A stretch of 64,000 nt of DNA from an uncultured Actinomycetes bacterium (GCA_963709345.1 CAVPVX010000011.1:1-64000); one strand, 5' to 3'. Numbered from the stretch's first letter, positions 29,666 through 39,367 are shown. Numbers and translations: made by a program. Notes: generated by a model not told the origin, from the sequence alone.

Positions 29666-31221
29666 TCGTGATCCGCCTTTTCAACTCGCTGACACAGCAG
29701 AAAGAGCCGTTCGAGCCTCGTGACGCCGGCAAGGCGGGCATCTACTGCTGCGGTCCGACCGTGTACAACCTCGTCCACGTCGGCAATGCCCGGCCGTACG
29801 TCACCTTCGCCGTCCTGCGCTCGTGGCTCGCCCGGCGAGGTCTGGAGGCGACGCTGGTGACCAACATCACCGACGTGGACGACAAGATCATCGCCAAGGC
29901 CAAGGTCGAGGGGCGGGACGCCGCCGCCGTAGCGGAGGAGTTCACGGCCGCCTACGTCGAGGACACGGACCGCCTCGGCATCCCGCGGCCCGACGTCGAA
30001 CCGCGCGCCACCGGGACCGTTCCCGAGATCATCGACCTGGTGTGCACCCTTATCAAGGGCGGACACGCGTACGAGGCCGAGGGCAGCGTCTACTTCCGCG
30101 TGCGCAGCTTCGACGGGTACGGCAAGCTCAGCAAGCAGCGCATCGACGACCTCGAGGAGGGCGTCCGTGTGGACAACGAGCCGGGCAAGGCCGACCCCCT
30201 GGATTTCGCCGTCTGGAAGGCCGCGAAGCCGGGCGAGCCGGCCTGGGACAGCCCGTGGGGCATGGGCCGGCCCGGCTGGCACATCGAGTGCTCGGCCATG
30301 GGGTTGCGCTACCTCGGCGTCGGATTCGACGTGCACGGGGGAGGCCGCGATCTCATCTTCCCCCACCACGAGAACGAGATCGCCCAGAGCGAGGCCGCCG
30401 GCCTCCCGTTCGCCAAGGTGTGGATGCACAACGGCATGATCCGCAGTGACGGCGAGAAGATGGCCAAGAGCGTCGGCAACATCTTCCTCCTGCGTGAGGT
30501 CCTCGACCGCTACGAGCCCGCCGTCTTGCTCACCTACTTCCTCACGACGCACTACCGGAGCCCGCTCGAGTTTGGGGCCGAGAAGCTCGACGAGGCCAAG
30601 GCGGCGCACGCGCGGCTCAGCGACGCGCTCGCGGACATCGACTTCCGTATCGCCAACGCGGCGCGCGCCGTCGCGCGAGGCGAGTGCCCCGACCTGACCC
30701 TCCGCGCCGAGGCGGCGAGGATGGCTTTCGGCGAGCGCATGGACGACGACCTCAACACGGCCGGCGCGCTCGGTGAGTTGTTCGCGCTGATCGGCGACAT
30801 GCACCGCTATCTAACGGCGGTCGACCACGGTGACTCGCCTCTCGACACCGAGGCGCTGGCGACCGTTCGCGACGTGCTGCGCGAGTCGCTCGGCGCTCTC
30901 CTGATCGACGCTCCCGGCCCGGGGGCGGACCTGACCGCCGTCGGCAGCGTCGCCGGCGAGGCCGCCGCCGCGTGTGTCACCGGAGAGGTCGCGCTGCTCC
31001 CGGCCGCGCGGCTCGCCGGGGAAGGCCGTTGGGATGACGTCGCGCTGGTCTACGCCGACCGTCTCGGCTGCGCCGACGCGTCGTACGCCTGCGTGCTGCG
31101 CGACCACTATCGCGCGCAGAAGCAGTGGGGCGAGGCCGACAGGCTGCGCGACGAGATCCAGGGCGCCGGGTTCGAGGTGCGCGACACGCCCCAAGGCACG
31201 CAGGTGGTCAGGAAGCCTTGA
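29662..31221 (+). CDS. cysS: Cysteine--tRNA ligase
   Basis: CGPTVY..HVGNAR, NITDVDDKII, GRPGWHIECSAM, HGGG.DL.FPHHENE, KMAKS.GN, AD.LRD. Confidence 0.95.
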   Translation: MIVIRLFNSLTQQKEPFEPRDAGKAGIYCCGPTVYNLVHVGNARPYVTFAVLRSWLARRGLEATLVTNITDVDDKIIAKAKVEGRDAAAVAEEFTAAYVEDTDRLGIPRPDVEPRATGTVPEIIDLVCTLIKGGHAYEAEGSVYFRVRSFDGYGKLSKQRIDDLEEGVRVDNEPGKADPLDFAVWKAAKPGEPAWDSPWGMGRPGWHIECSAMGLRYLGVGFDVHGGGRDLIFPHHENEIAQSEAAGLPFAKVWMHNGMIRSDGEKMAKSVGNIFLLREVLDRYEPAVLLTYFLTTHYRSPLEFGAEKLDEAKAAHARLSDALADIDFRIANAARAVARGECPDLTLRAEAARMAFGERMDDDLNTAGALGELFALIGDMHRYLTAVDHGDSPLDTEALATVRDVLRESLGALLIDAPGPGADLTAVGSVAGEAAAACVTGEVALLPAARLAGEGRWDDVALVYADRLGCADASYACVLRDHYRAQKQWGEADRLRDEIQGAGFEVRDTPQGTQVVRKP

Positions 31222-31322
31222 GTCGACGGTACAGAACACGATGAGCGCCGCCACGACTGTGGCCGAGCCGGCGATGTCGCCGTCGATGCCGAGCAGCAGC
31301 GCCGCGCGGGTCGCGTAGCGGT

Positions 31323-32033
31323 ATGGACTGGATCTACGGCCGAAACGTGGTGAGGCTGGCGCTGGCCGCCGGCGCGCGGCGGCGAGCCATGAGGCTCGCC
31401 GCGACCGCGCCGGCGCTCAAGGCGCTCGGTGCGGCGCTCCCGCCGGCGCTTCCCGTCGAGAAGGTGACCGGCGACGCGCTCCACGAGCTGCTCGGCACCC
31501 ATGAGCACCAAGGGGTCGCGCTGCAGGTCGAGGCGTTCTCCTACGCCGACCCCGGCGAGTTGCTGGCCGGCGACGTGATCGTCGTGCTGGACGAGGTCAC
31601 CGACCCGCACAACCTCGGCGCCGTCGCGCGCACCGCGTTGGCCGCCGGGGCCGCGGGCCTCGTGCTGCCGAAGCATCGCTCCGCCCACGTGACGCCGGCG
31701 GCCGTGAAGGCGTCCGCCGGCACGCTGGAGCACCTTCCCGTTACCCAGGTGACGAACGTCGTGAGCTTCCTCGGCGACGCCAAGAAGGCGGGCTTCTGGA
31801 CGTACGGGGCGGCCGGTGAGGCTTCGATCCCGTATCTCGAGCTCGACCTCACGGGCCGCGTCGTGCTCGTGCTCGGGGCCGAGGGACGCGGACTGCGGCC
31901 GCTCGTCGCCCGCACCTGCGACGCGCTCGTCGCCATCCCGATGGCGCCGCCGGTAGAGAGCCTCAACGTCAGCGTGGCGGCGGCGCTGCTCCTGTACGAG
32001 GTCCGCCGCCGGCGACAGGCGGAGGGGGGGTGA
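31323..32033 (+). CDS. rlmB: 23S rRNA Gm2251 methyltransferase (SpoU family)
   Basis: HQGV, LD.VTDPHNLGA, KASAG, GAEG.G, IPM...ESLNVSVA. Confidence 0.9.
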   Translation: MDWIYGRNVVRLALAAGARRRAMRLAATAPALKALGAALPPALPVEKVTGDALHELLGTHEHQGVALQVEAFSYADPGELLAGDVIVVLDEVTDPHNLGAVARTALAAGAAGLVLPKHRSAHVTPAAVKASAGTLEHLPVTQVTNVVSFLGDAKKAGFWTYGAAGEASIPYLELDLTGRVVLVLGAEGRGLRPLVARTCDALVAIPMAPPVESLNVSVAAALLLYEVRRRRQAEGG

Positions 32034-32079
32034 CGGTGCCGTCGCTCCCAGATGAGAGCGCTTCGGCGATTGCAGGCGT

Positions 32080-32595
32080 ATGACTGACGCGCTCTACATC
32101 GTCGACGGCTACAACGTCCTGCACGCCATGTTCCGCGGCGCCGGCAAAGAGGAGATCTTCGCGCGCCGCGACTGGCTCGCCGGCCAGCTGGCGAGCTTCG
32201 TCGCCCTTCGCGGCGCGCGGGCCGTCCTGGTCTTCGATGGGCGCGGCCCAGTCAGCACCACCAGCGTCCCGATGAAGGGGGCGCCGGTCGAGGTGGTGTT
32301 CGCCGGCGGCCGCTACACCGCCGACACGCTGATCGCCCGCCGCATCGCCGAACAGCCCGCCGACGTGCAGGTCGTCGTGGTCTCCGCCGATCAGGAGGTC
32401 CAGCGCGCCGCCTCGCGTGCCGGCGTCAGCCGGATGACGCCGCCCGAGCTGGCCGGCCACCTGTCCGGCGGCACGCAGCGCGGGCAGGCTCTTGACTCTG
32501 CCTCACACTCGACTAGAATGCCCTCACGGCTTGAGGATGAAGTTGACCCTGAGACTTTGCGCAAGCTGGAGGAACTGCGGAACAAGCCGCAGTAG
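32080..32595 (+). CDS. NYN domain protein (YacP/Rae1-like ribonuclease)
   Basis: IVDGYNV, VFDG, TAD..I, VVSAD; position between rlmB and sigH. Confidence 0.85.
   Translation: MTDALYIVDGYNVLHAMFRGAGKEEIFARRDWLAGQLASFVALRGARAVLVFDGRGPVSTTSVPMKGAPVEVVFAGGRYTADTLIARRIAEQPADVQVVVVSADQEVQRAASRAGVSRMTPPELAGHLSGGTQRGQALDSASHSTRMPSRLEDEVDPETLRKLEELRNKPQ
32492..32519 (+). promoter_or_regulatory. Putative sigma-A-type promoter for sigH inside the NYN gene
   Basis: TTGACT-16 nt-TAGAAT in an AT-richer patch about 140 nt upstream of the sigH ATG. Confidence 0.55.
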
Positions 32596-32656
32596 GCGTT
32601 CCGGAGGCTCGATTCACGGAACGTGCAGGGGCAAACGAGCGGAGGTGGGGACAAGA

Positions 32657-33334
32657 ATGGCTCGCCAGGCCGACCACAGCCGCGGCTCGAGGTCATCTCA
32701 CAGCCCTCAACCCTACAGTGAGAGTAACGACTTCGCCCTGGTTCAGGCATACCGCCGGGGGAACCAGGCGGCGCTCGACGCGCTGATGCTGCGCTACCAC
32801 CAGTTCGTCCGTCTCAAGGCCAGCTCCTACTTCCTTGCCGGCGGCGACGCCGAGGATCTCATACAGGAGGGCATGCTGGGCCTCTACAAGGCCGTCCGGG
32901 ATTACCGCGACGACCGTCTGGCGAGCTTCCGCAGTTTCGCCGAGCTCTGCATCACCCGGCAGATCATCACCGCCATCAAGACGGCGACGCGTCAGAAGCA
33001 CGTGCCGCTGAACGGCTATCTCTCGTTCAGCCAGTCGCCGAGCGACTCGTCGGATGACGGAGACTGCTCGCTCGCCGACGTGCTGCCGGGGCCCACGACA
33101 CACGACCCGGTCAACCAGGTCATCAGCTCGGAGGAGGTCGACAGCCTCACGAGTTGCCTGACGCGCATGCTGTCCGAGCTCGAGGGGAAGGTCCTGCGGT
33201 TCTACCTGCAGGGGCTGAGCTACGAGCGCATCGGCGGCGAACTCGGGTGCGACTGCAAGACGGTCGACAACGCGTTGCAGCGGATCAAGCGCAAGGTCGA
33301 CCTGCATCTCGAGGGGCGGCGCGTTCCCAGCTGA
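32657..33334 (+). CDS. sigH: RNA polymerase sigma factor, Spo0H/SigH type
   Basis: YFLAGGD.EDLIQEGM.GLYKA.RD, SFRSFAELCITRQIITAIKTATRQKH.PLN.Y.S, K.VDNALQRIKRK. Confidence 0.92.
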   Translation: MARQADHSRGSRSSHSPQPYSESNDFALVQAYRRGNQAALDALMLRYHQFVRLKASSYFLAGGDAEDLIQEGMLGLYKAVRDYRDDRLASFRSFAELCITRQIITAIKTATRQKHVPLNGYLSFSQSPSDSSDDGDCSLADVLPGPTTHDPVNQVISSEEVDSLTSCLTRMLSELEGKVLRFYLQGLSYERIGGELGCDCKTVDNALQRIKRKVDLHLEGRRVPS

Positions 33335-33347
33335 CCGCGCACGCGTA

Positions 33348-33377
33348 CCGCGGCGCTCCCGTTCCCGAGCGCCGCGG
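33348..33377. terminator. Hairpin between convergent sigH and pilT
   Basis: 11-bp stem CCGCGGCGCTC / GAGCGCCGCGG. Confidence 0.6.
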
Positions 33378-33386
33378 CTTCTCCCG

Positions 33387-34478
33387 CTAGAACGTCATGA
33401 GGCTGACGTCGTGTCCCTGCTGCTGGACGAGCAGCTTGAAGTCGTGCGGGTTGCTCGCCACCTGGGCTGCGTCGCTGAGGATGATGAGGCCTTCCTCGTA
33501 CAACGTGAGCAGGGCTTGGTCGAAGGTCTGCATCCCGTAGAAGTCACCCTCTTTGATCGCATCACCCACCAGGCCGGCCTGGTCGGGGTCGAGAATGAAG
33601 TCGCGGATCCGGTTCGTGCACACCATGATCTCGATGGCCGGCACGCGGCCCTTGCCGTCCGCGCGCACGAGCAGGCGCTGGCTGATGATGCCCTTGAGAG
33701 TCCCGGCGAGCATGATCCGGATCTGCTTCTGCTGGTGGAGGGGGAAGAAGTCGATGATCCGGTTGATCGTCTCGGTCGCGTCGATGGTATGCAGGGTGCT
33801 CATCACGAAGTGACCGGTCTGGGCGGCTGTGAGCGCCGCCGCCACCGTCTCCGGGTCGCGCATCTCGCCGATGAGGATGTCGTCGGGGTCTTGCCGAAGG
33901 ACGTACTTGAGCGCCGAGGCGTAGGTGTCGGTGTCGAGACCGATCTCTCGCTGGTTGATGATGGACTTCTTGTCTTTGTGGAGGACTTCGATCGGATCCT
34001 CCACGGTGACGATGTGGCGGCGCATGGTGTTGTTGATGTGGTCGATCATCGCCGCCAGCGTGGTGGTCTTGCCGGAGCCGGTCGTGCCCGTCACGAGGAC
34101 GAGCCCGCGCGGTTCCAGCGCGAGCCGCTTGATGATCTCGGGGAGATGCAGCTCCTCGAAGCTGGGGATCCTCGTCGTGACCTGGCGCATGGCCACGCTG
34201 ATGCTGCCGCGCTGCCGGAAGACGTTGACGCGGAACCGGCCGAGGTCCGGGGCGGAGTAGGCGAAGTCGATCTCGTTGTGCTCGCTGAACCGGCGGATCT
34301 GCTTGTCGGTCATGATCGAGGCGGCCACGTCCTTGGTGTCTTCGGGAGTGAGCGGCGGCTCGTCCATCAATACCAGCTCGCCGTCGACGCGGATCACCGG
34401 AGGGCTCCCTGCCTTGATGTGCAGGTCCGACGCGGCGCGTGCCATCATCTCGCTGAGCAGCTGATCGATCGGTTTCAC
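33387..34478 (-). CDS. pilT: Type IV pilus retraction ATPase PilT/PilU
   Basis: ASDLH, RFRVNVF, GTTGSGKTTT, EDPIE, LRQDPD.I.IGEMRD, TGH.V.STLHT, GMQTFDQ. Confidence 0.9.
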   Translation of the reverse strand: MKPIDQLLSEMMARAASDLHIKAGSPPVIRVDGELVLMDEPPLTPEDTKDVAASIMTDKQIRRFSEHNEIDFAYSAPDLGRFRVNVFRQRGSISVAMRQVTTRIPSFEELHLPEIIKRLALEPRGLVLVTGTTGSGKTTTLAAMIDHINNTMRRHIVTVEDPIEVLHKDKKSIINQREIGLDTDTYASALKYVLRQDPDDILIGEMRDPETVAAALTAAQTGHFVMSTLHTIDATETINRIIDFFPLHQQKQIRIMLAGTLKGIISQRLLVRADGKGRVPAIEIMVCTNRIRDFILDPDQAGLVGDAIKEGDFYGMQTFDQALLTLYEEGLIILSDAAQVASNPHDFKLLVQQQGHDVSLMTF

Positions 34479-34605
34479 GTGGCGGCCCCGTAGGTAGCGG
34501 TCTCTCTCTCACACTCACTAGTCGGCAGAAGGCGCGAAAAGCTTACTCTTCGCCGCAGCGGCGTGCCTGCCGTCGGAACGCTGCTCCGACCGCCGCGACG
34601 CAGGG

Positions 34606-35646
34606 CTAGAAACGGCCGCCGATCCAGGCGCCTCGACCGTTGAGCGCGCCGTACCGCACGACATCGCCCGTGTGCGGCGCCTCGATGACGGCGCCGCCGC
34701 CGGCATAGATGGCGACGTGGTGACTGAAGCTCGCGTTGCCGAAGAAGACCAGGTCACCGGGGCGCATGTCGCTGAGCGCGACCGGCGTGCTCTGCTGCTG
34801 CTGCACGGTGGCGCCGTGGTACATGTGGATGCCGATCTGGGCATAGCAGTACATGGTGAGACCGGAGCAGTCGAAGCCGCTCGGGCCGGCGCCGCCCCAG
34901 ACGTAGGGGACCCCGAAGTACCGCTGGGCGATTGTGATGATCTCGGGGTGACCCGGGCTGTCCGGGTCGACCGGGGGCGGCGTGATGCCGTTCCAGCTGC
35001 TCTGCGCGGCGAGCCGCGCCGCCCGCTCCGCCGCTTCTCTCAGCCGCTTGATCTCCGACTTGATGCCGCGCGTGAGCCGCCGGAGCTTGGCTTCGAGCGC
35101 GAGCAGCTCGTTCTTGTGTTCCTGGCGCTCCGCGACGAGCCTGGCCGCGGCGCGCTTGTCCGCCTCAAGCTTGACGCGCCGGTCCTTGATGTCACGCTTG
35201 TAGGCGGCGATGCTCTTGACCGTGTCGACATCGCTGTTGCCGAGGCGCTCCATGAGGTCGAGCTGGGTGATGAGGTCGTCGAACGAATCCGCCTCGAAGA
35301 GCACGTCGACGATGCCGACGTCGCGGGTCTTGTAGATGCTCTCGGCGCGCGTCTTGAGCTGGTCGTTCGCCGTCTGCAGATTGCGCTCGGCGAGCTCCAG
35401 TTGCCGCTGGTTCTCGTCGATCTGCTGATTCACGGTGTCGAGCTGGCTGGTGGCCTGGGCGTACTTCTCGACCGCGATCTCGGATTTCAGGTAGACCTGG
35501 TCGAGGTGGGCCTGCACGGCACGCAGACGGGCCTTCTTCTCGGAGATCGGCGACGCCGGCGCTGCCGCGGCTGCGATCAGCAGCACAACGAGCACGCCGA
35601 AGATGGCAGGAAGCGCCGTGCGCAGGGTGCGGGAGCGGTGGTTCAC
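34606..35646 (-). CDS. NlpC/P60 peptidoglycan endopeptidase with coiled coil (CwlO-like), paralog A
   Basis: Signal peptide, coiled coil, PYVWGG..P.GFDCSGL, PGDLVFF, HV.IY.G, I.AP.TG. Confidence 0.9.
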   Translation of the reverse strand: MNHRSRTLRTALPAIFGVLVVLLIAAAAAPASPISEKKARLRAVQAHLDQVYLKSEIAVEKYAQATSQLDTVNQQIDENQRQLELAERNLQTANDQLKTRAESIYKTRDVGIVDVLFEADSFDDLITQLDLMERLGNSDVDTVKSIAAYKRDIKDRRVKLEADKRAAARLVAERQEHKNELLALEAKLRRLTRGIKSEIKRLREAAERAARLAAQSSWNGITPPPVDPDSPGHPEIITIAQRYFGVPYVWGGAGPSGFDCSGLTMYCYAQIGIHMYHGATVQQQQSTPVALSDMRPGDLVFFGNASFSHHVAIYAGGGAVIEAPHTGDVVRYGALNGRGAWIGGRF

Positions 35647-35789
35647 TCGATGCTGTCCTTTCGCGCCACCAGAGCAGTGACGCGCTGTGAGTACGTCCGG
35701 TTCACGAGGTGAGAACCTATTCGTGCCTGAGGGCGCGTTCCCTACCTGCGGCAGGGGACGCGCCCTTCAGACACTCGCGAGCGTCGGCG

Positions 35790-36842
35790 TCAGGGCCGTC
35801 CGCCTATCCAGGCGTGACCCATGGGGCCGTATCGGACGACGTCGCCGGTGTGCGGCGCGTGGATCATCTGCCCGCCGCCCACGTAGATGCCGACGTGGGA
35901 GCTGAAGCTTGCGTTGCCGAAGAAGACGAGGTCACCGGGCTGCAACGCGCTCAGCGGCACCGGGGTGGTGGCGCGCTGCTGCAGCGTGGCGCCGTGCGCG
36001 AGGCCGACTCCGACCTGCGCGTAGCAGTACATGGTGAGGCCGGAGCAGTCGAAGCCGCTCGGGCTGGCGCCGCCGTACACGTACGGAACGCCGAGGTATC
36101 GCTGAGCGATGGCGACGACCGAGGAGTTGCCGGAACCGCCCGGATCGACGACCGTGCCACCACTGGTGGACCCGCCCGCGCTCTGTTGCGCCGCCTGGGC
36201 GGCCTGGGCCGCGGCGCGCGCCGCGGCCGCCTGCTGGTCCTGGAGGCGCTTGATGTCGGACTTGATGCCGGCCGTCATCTGCTCGAGGCGGTTCTGCAGG
36301 CCGACGATCTCGGCCTTCTGCGTCGCCGCCTCGTCGACCAGCTTGGCGGCGGCCTTCTTGTCGGCGTCGAGGCGGACCCGACGATCCTTGATGTCCTGCC
36401 GGTAGGCGTCGATGCTCTTGACGGTGTCGACGTCGCTGTTGCCGAGGCGCTCCATGAGGTTGAGCTGCGTCACCAGGTCGTCGAAGCTGTCGGCGGCGAA
36501 GAGGACGTCGACCACGCCGACGTCGCGCGTCTTGTAGATGCTCTCGGCTCGTGACGAGAGTTGCGTGTTGGCGACTTCCAGGTTGTACTCGGCGACCTTG
36601 AGCAGACGCTGGTTCTCGCTGATCTGGTGCTGGACGGTGGTGAGCCGGCTCCTGGCCTGGTTGAACTTCTCGAGTGCGACGTCGACTTCATGGTAGACCT
36701 TCTGGAGCTTGGCCTGCACCTGGCGCAGCTGTGCTTTCTTGCTGCTGACGGGAGTGGAGAGGGCGGAAGGAACGAGGGTGAGAGAGAAAAGGATGGCGCC
36801 GAGAAAGACGGAGAGGGTGGTGATTCGTCGTGTGTGCTTCAC
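35790..36842 (-). CDS. NlpC/P60 peptidoglycan endopeptidase with coiled coil, paralog B
   Basis: Same architecture; Cys-His-His triad (FDCSG, HVGIY, MIHAP); SD GAGGAGG. Confidence 0.9.
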   Translation of the reverse strand: MKHTRRITTLSVFLGAILFSLTLVPSALSTPVSSKKAQLRQVQAKLQKVYHEVDVALEKFNQARSRLTTVQHQISENQRLLKVAEYNLEVANTQLSSRAESIYKTRDVGVVDVLFAADSFDDLVTQLNLMERLGNSDVDTVKSIDAYRQDIKDRRVRLDADKKAAAKLVDEAATQKAEIVGLQNRLEQMTAGIKSDIKRLQDQQAAAARAAAQAAQAAQQSAGGSTSGGTVVDPGGSGNSSVVAIAQRYLGVPYVYGGASPSGFDCSGLTMYCYAQVGVGLAHGATLQQRATTPVPLSALQPGDLVFFGNASFSSHVGIYVGGGQMIHAPHTGDVVRYGPMGHAWIGGRP

Positions 36843-36969
36843 TGCATCGCCTCCTCTTTGGGAGTGCCGCCTGGGCGTCACTCCCTCGCTGAGGTGAGCC
36901 CCTTGTGTCTTGCTCTGGTCCTGCCGCACCGCACGTTCGGGCGTCAGACTCACCGACCTCAAGTACGAG

Positions 36970-36998
36970 ACCTTAGCATCCGACCCGGCTCCTGACAA
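36970..36998 (-). promoter_or_regulatory. Sigma-A-type promoter for the NlpC/P60 genes
   Basis: On the minus strand TTGTCA-17 nt-TAAGGT with an extended TGn. Confidence 0.6.
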
Positions 36999-37021
36999 CC
37001 GTCGACGCCCGGTCGCCGGCA

Positions 37022-38434
37022 TCACTCCGAGCCGGCGCTCGGGGTCGTGCCGCGAGGGCCTGGGTTCGGCCACATGCGCTTCAGGGCCTGGATGAAAGCC
37101 TTGTTGCGCTCGTCCTTGCGCCAGTTGTGGATGATCACCATGCCCCACCAGTGGAACATGAGCTGCTTGGTGAACTTGAGCGCGAAGATGTAGCGCAGCC
37201 AAGTGCGGATCGAGTAGAAGCGCATGTACCCGCGCAGATCCTCCATCTGCAGCTCGTAGGGGGTCATGAGCTTCGGTTCGAACACGACGTGGTGCGCGTC
37301 GTAGAGGTGCCAGCGCTTGTCGAAGATGCGCCCCGCGGCGTCGAGGTTGTCGTATTGCGGTGTGCCCGGCAGCGGCGTGAGGATGTTCAGCATCACCGTG
37401 TCGATGTGGTTCTTGATCGCGAAGGTCACCGTGTCGCGGACCGTCTGCACGTCGTCGGTGTCGGCGCCGAGCACGAACATGCCGTGACTGCGGATGTCGT
37501 AGTCGTGAAGCTTGCGGATGCCCTCGACGATGTCTTCGACGGTCTGCGCCTTCTCGAAGCTGTCGAGCGTCGCCTGGCTGACCGACTCGAGGCCGAGGTA
37601 GACGAGCTCGCAGCCCGAGTCCCTCATGAGCTCGAGCAGTTCCTCGTCGCGCGTCACGTCGGTGCGCACCTGGGCGGACCAGGGGATGACGAGGTCTTCG
37701 TCGATCATCATGCGCAGGAGCTTCTTGAGGCGCTTCTTGTCGGCGGCCATGTTGTCGTCGTAGAAGAAGATGCGTCCGGGCCGCTTGTCCTTGATCTCGG
37801 CGATCACGCTCTCGGCGCTGCGAAAGCGGTACTTGCGGCCGAACATCGCCGTCACCGAGCAGAAGTTGCAGGCGAACGGGCAGCCCCAGCTTGTCATGAT
37901 CGGGATGGTGGTCAGCCTTTCGCCGCCGACCAGCAGCTTGAGGTCGGGGAAGGGGAGCTCGTCGAGGTCGTCGAGCCGCTCACGGAGTTGGTTGTGAACG
38001 GCTTTGCCGTCACGGCGGAACGAGAGGCCGGCGATGGTGTCCAACTCGCGGTCGCCGGCGAGCGCCTCGATGAGCTCCAGCATGAGCTGCTCGCCGCCCT
38101 CGCCGCGGGCCACGTAGTCGACGTGCTCGAGGGCCTCGTCGGCCATGAACGTGACGTGGGAGCCTCCGATGACGACGGGGATGCCGCGTGCGCGCAGGTT
38201 GTCGGCGTCCTCGTAGGCGGTGGTCGTCGTCGACGTCGTGCTCGAGAGGCCGACCAGATCCGAGGTGTTCACGTCGTCCCAATCGATCGGCGCCATCTGG
38301 GGGTTGTAGACGAGCACATCGTGCCCGTGCGCCTTGAGAGTGGCGGCGATGATCGGCAGGCCGAGGCGCGGCAGAAGGACCTTGGCGTAGACGTGCATCC
38401 CTGGAGGTTCGGGCTCGATGAGGCGGATCTTCAT
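37022..38434 (-). CDS. B12-binding domain radical SAM protein
   Basis: LGL..IAA, GG.H.T, RGEG, TSWGCPFACNFC, FYDDN, GLES, F.LG.D.D, TPLPGT. Confidence 0.88.
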   Translation of the reverse strand: MKIRLIEPEPPGMHVYAKVLLPRLGLPIIAATLKAHGHDVLVYNPQMAPIDWDDVNTSDLVGLSSTTSTTTTAYEDADNLRARGIPVVIGGSHVTFMADEALEHVDYVARGEGGEQLMLELIEALAGDRELDTIAGLSFRRDGKAVHNQLRERLDDLDELPFPDLKLLVGGERLTTIPIMTSWGCPFACNFCSVTAMFGRKYRFRSAESVIAEIKDKRPGRIFFYDDNMAADKKRLKKLLRMMIDEDLVIPWSAQVRTDVTRDEELLELMRDSGCELVYLGLESVSQATLDSFEKAQTVEDIVEGIRKLHDYDIRSHGMFVLGADTDDVQTVRDTVTFAIKNHIDTVMLNILTPLPGTPQYDNLDAAGRIFDKRWHLYDAHHVVFEPKLMTPYELQMEDLRGYMRFYSIRTWLRYIFALKFTKQLMFHWWGMVIIHNWRKDERNKAFIQALKRMWPNPGPRGTTPSAGSE

Positions 38435-38587
38435 GGCGCTCCTTGAAACGAGGTCTCGGTCGTCGGCCTCTGCGGCGCGGCATGTCGCCACGGCACGAAG
38501 GACACGGACGCTCAAGTCGAGATGATAGTCGCTGGTCGCGACCCTGAAAAGACTGGGGCCTGGGCGGCGATGGCGGCGCCCATCGGC

Positions 38588-38617
38588 AGTCTAACGTAAT
38601 ACTTACGTTACGAGCAA
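38588..38617 (-). promoter_or_regulatory. Promoter TTGCTC-18-TAGACT with the palindrome AACGTAA-N3-TTACGTT in its spacer
   Basis: Perfect inverted repeat TAACGTAA-TAC-TTACGTTA at 38592-38610. Confidence 0.7.
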
Positions 38618-38907
38618 CCGTCGCGGCGCGCGCGCTCCTCACGCTTGCGCTCCTTCTGCTCGCGTTGCAGCAGGATGTCTTCGGGACTCCGGAGCAGGAA
38701 GGCGAAGGCGGCATGCGCGGCGACGACGATGCCCCAGGCTCCCGTGGGGATGACGAACCAGGGGAAGCCGCCGCCGGCGAGCACCCAGATCGCGAAGAGG
38801 AAGACACTGATCGCGGCCCACACGATGAGATCTAGCCAGAACCACTGGTGGCGGGCTATGCGCACCGCTTCGCGCTCGCGCAAGGCGGCCTTTCCGAATT
38901 CATCCAT
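38608..38907 (-). CDS. 2TM domain protein
   Basis: Two hydrophobic helices with PWF..P...WG....AH motif; coupled to padR. Confidence 0.75.
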   Translation of the reverse strand: MDEFGKAALREREAVRIARHQWFWLDLIVWAAISVFLFAIWVLAGGGFPWFVIPTGAWGIVVAAHAAFAFLLRSPEDILLQREQKERKREERARRDGCS

Positions 38908-39367
38908 GCTCGGCTCCTTGCTGCTCGATGATCGTGGTGATTTCGGCGCGCGTGCGCGTGAGGACGGTGTCGATGCACTCGGCCTGCCGGGAGGAGAGCC
39001 CGGCGCGCCGGGGGAGGCCCAGCTCGAAGCGGTCGAGCAGAGTGCCGAGGGTGAGCCGCTGCCGCTGCGCGTCGGCACGCCGGGAGATGTCGGGCCAACT
39101 CGGCTCCGCCTCGCGCGCCTCCACGGCCCGGACGCCCTGGTCTGTCAGGCGGTACACGCGCAGGCCGTCGTGTTCGTCGGAGGTCACCAGGCCCGATTCC
39201 TCGAGCGCGACGAGCGCCGGGTAGATCGCGCCGGGGCTTGGCCGCCACTGCGTACCGACCTGCCGCTGCAGCTCCTGCATGATGGCGTAGCCGTGGCCTT
39301 CGCCGAGCAAGGCGATGACGGAGAGAAGGGCGGACTTGAGCTCGCCGCGGTTGAACACGCGCGTCAT
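38900..39367 (-). CDS. PadR family transcriptional regulator
   Basis: RGEL..ALL, HGY.IM, WRPSPGAIYP.L..LE..GLV, Y.LT..G. Confidence 0.9.
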   Translation of the reverse strand: MTRVFNRGELKSALLSVIALLGEGHGYAIMQELQRQVGTQWRPSPGAIYPALVALEESGLVTSDEHDGLRVYRLTDQGVRAVEAREAEPSWPDISRRADAQRQRLTLGTLLDRFELGLPRRAGLSSRQAECIDTVLTRTRAEITTIIEQQGAEHG

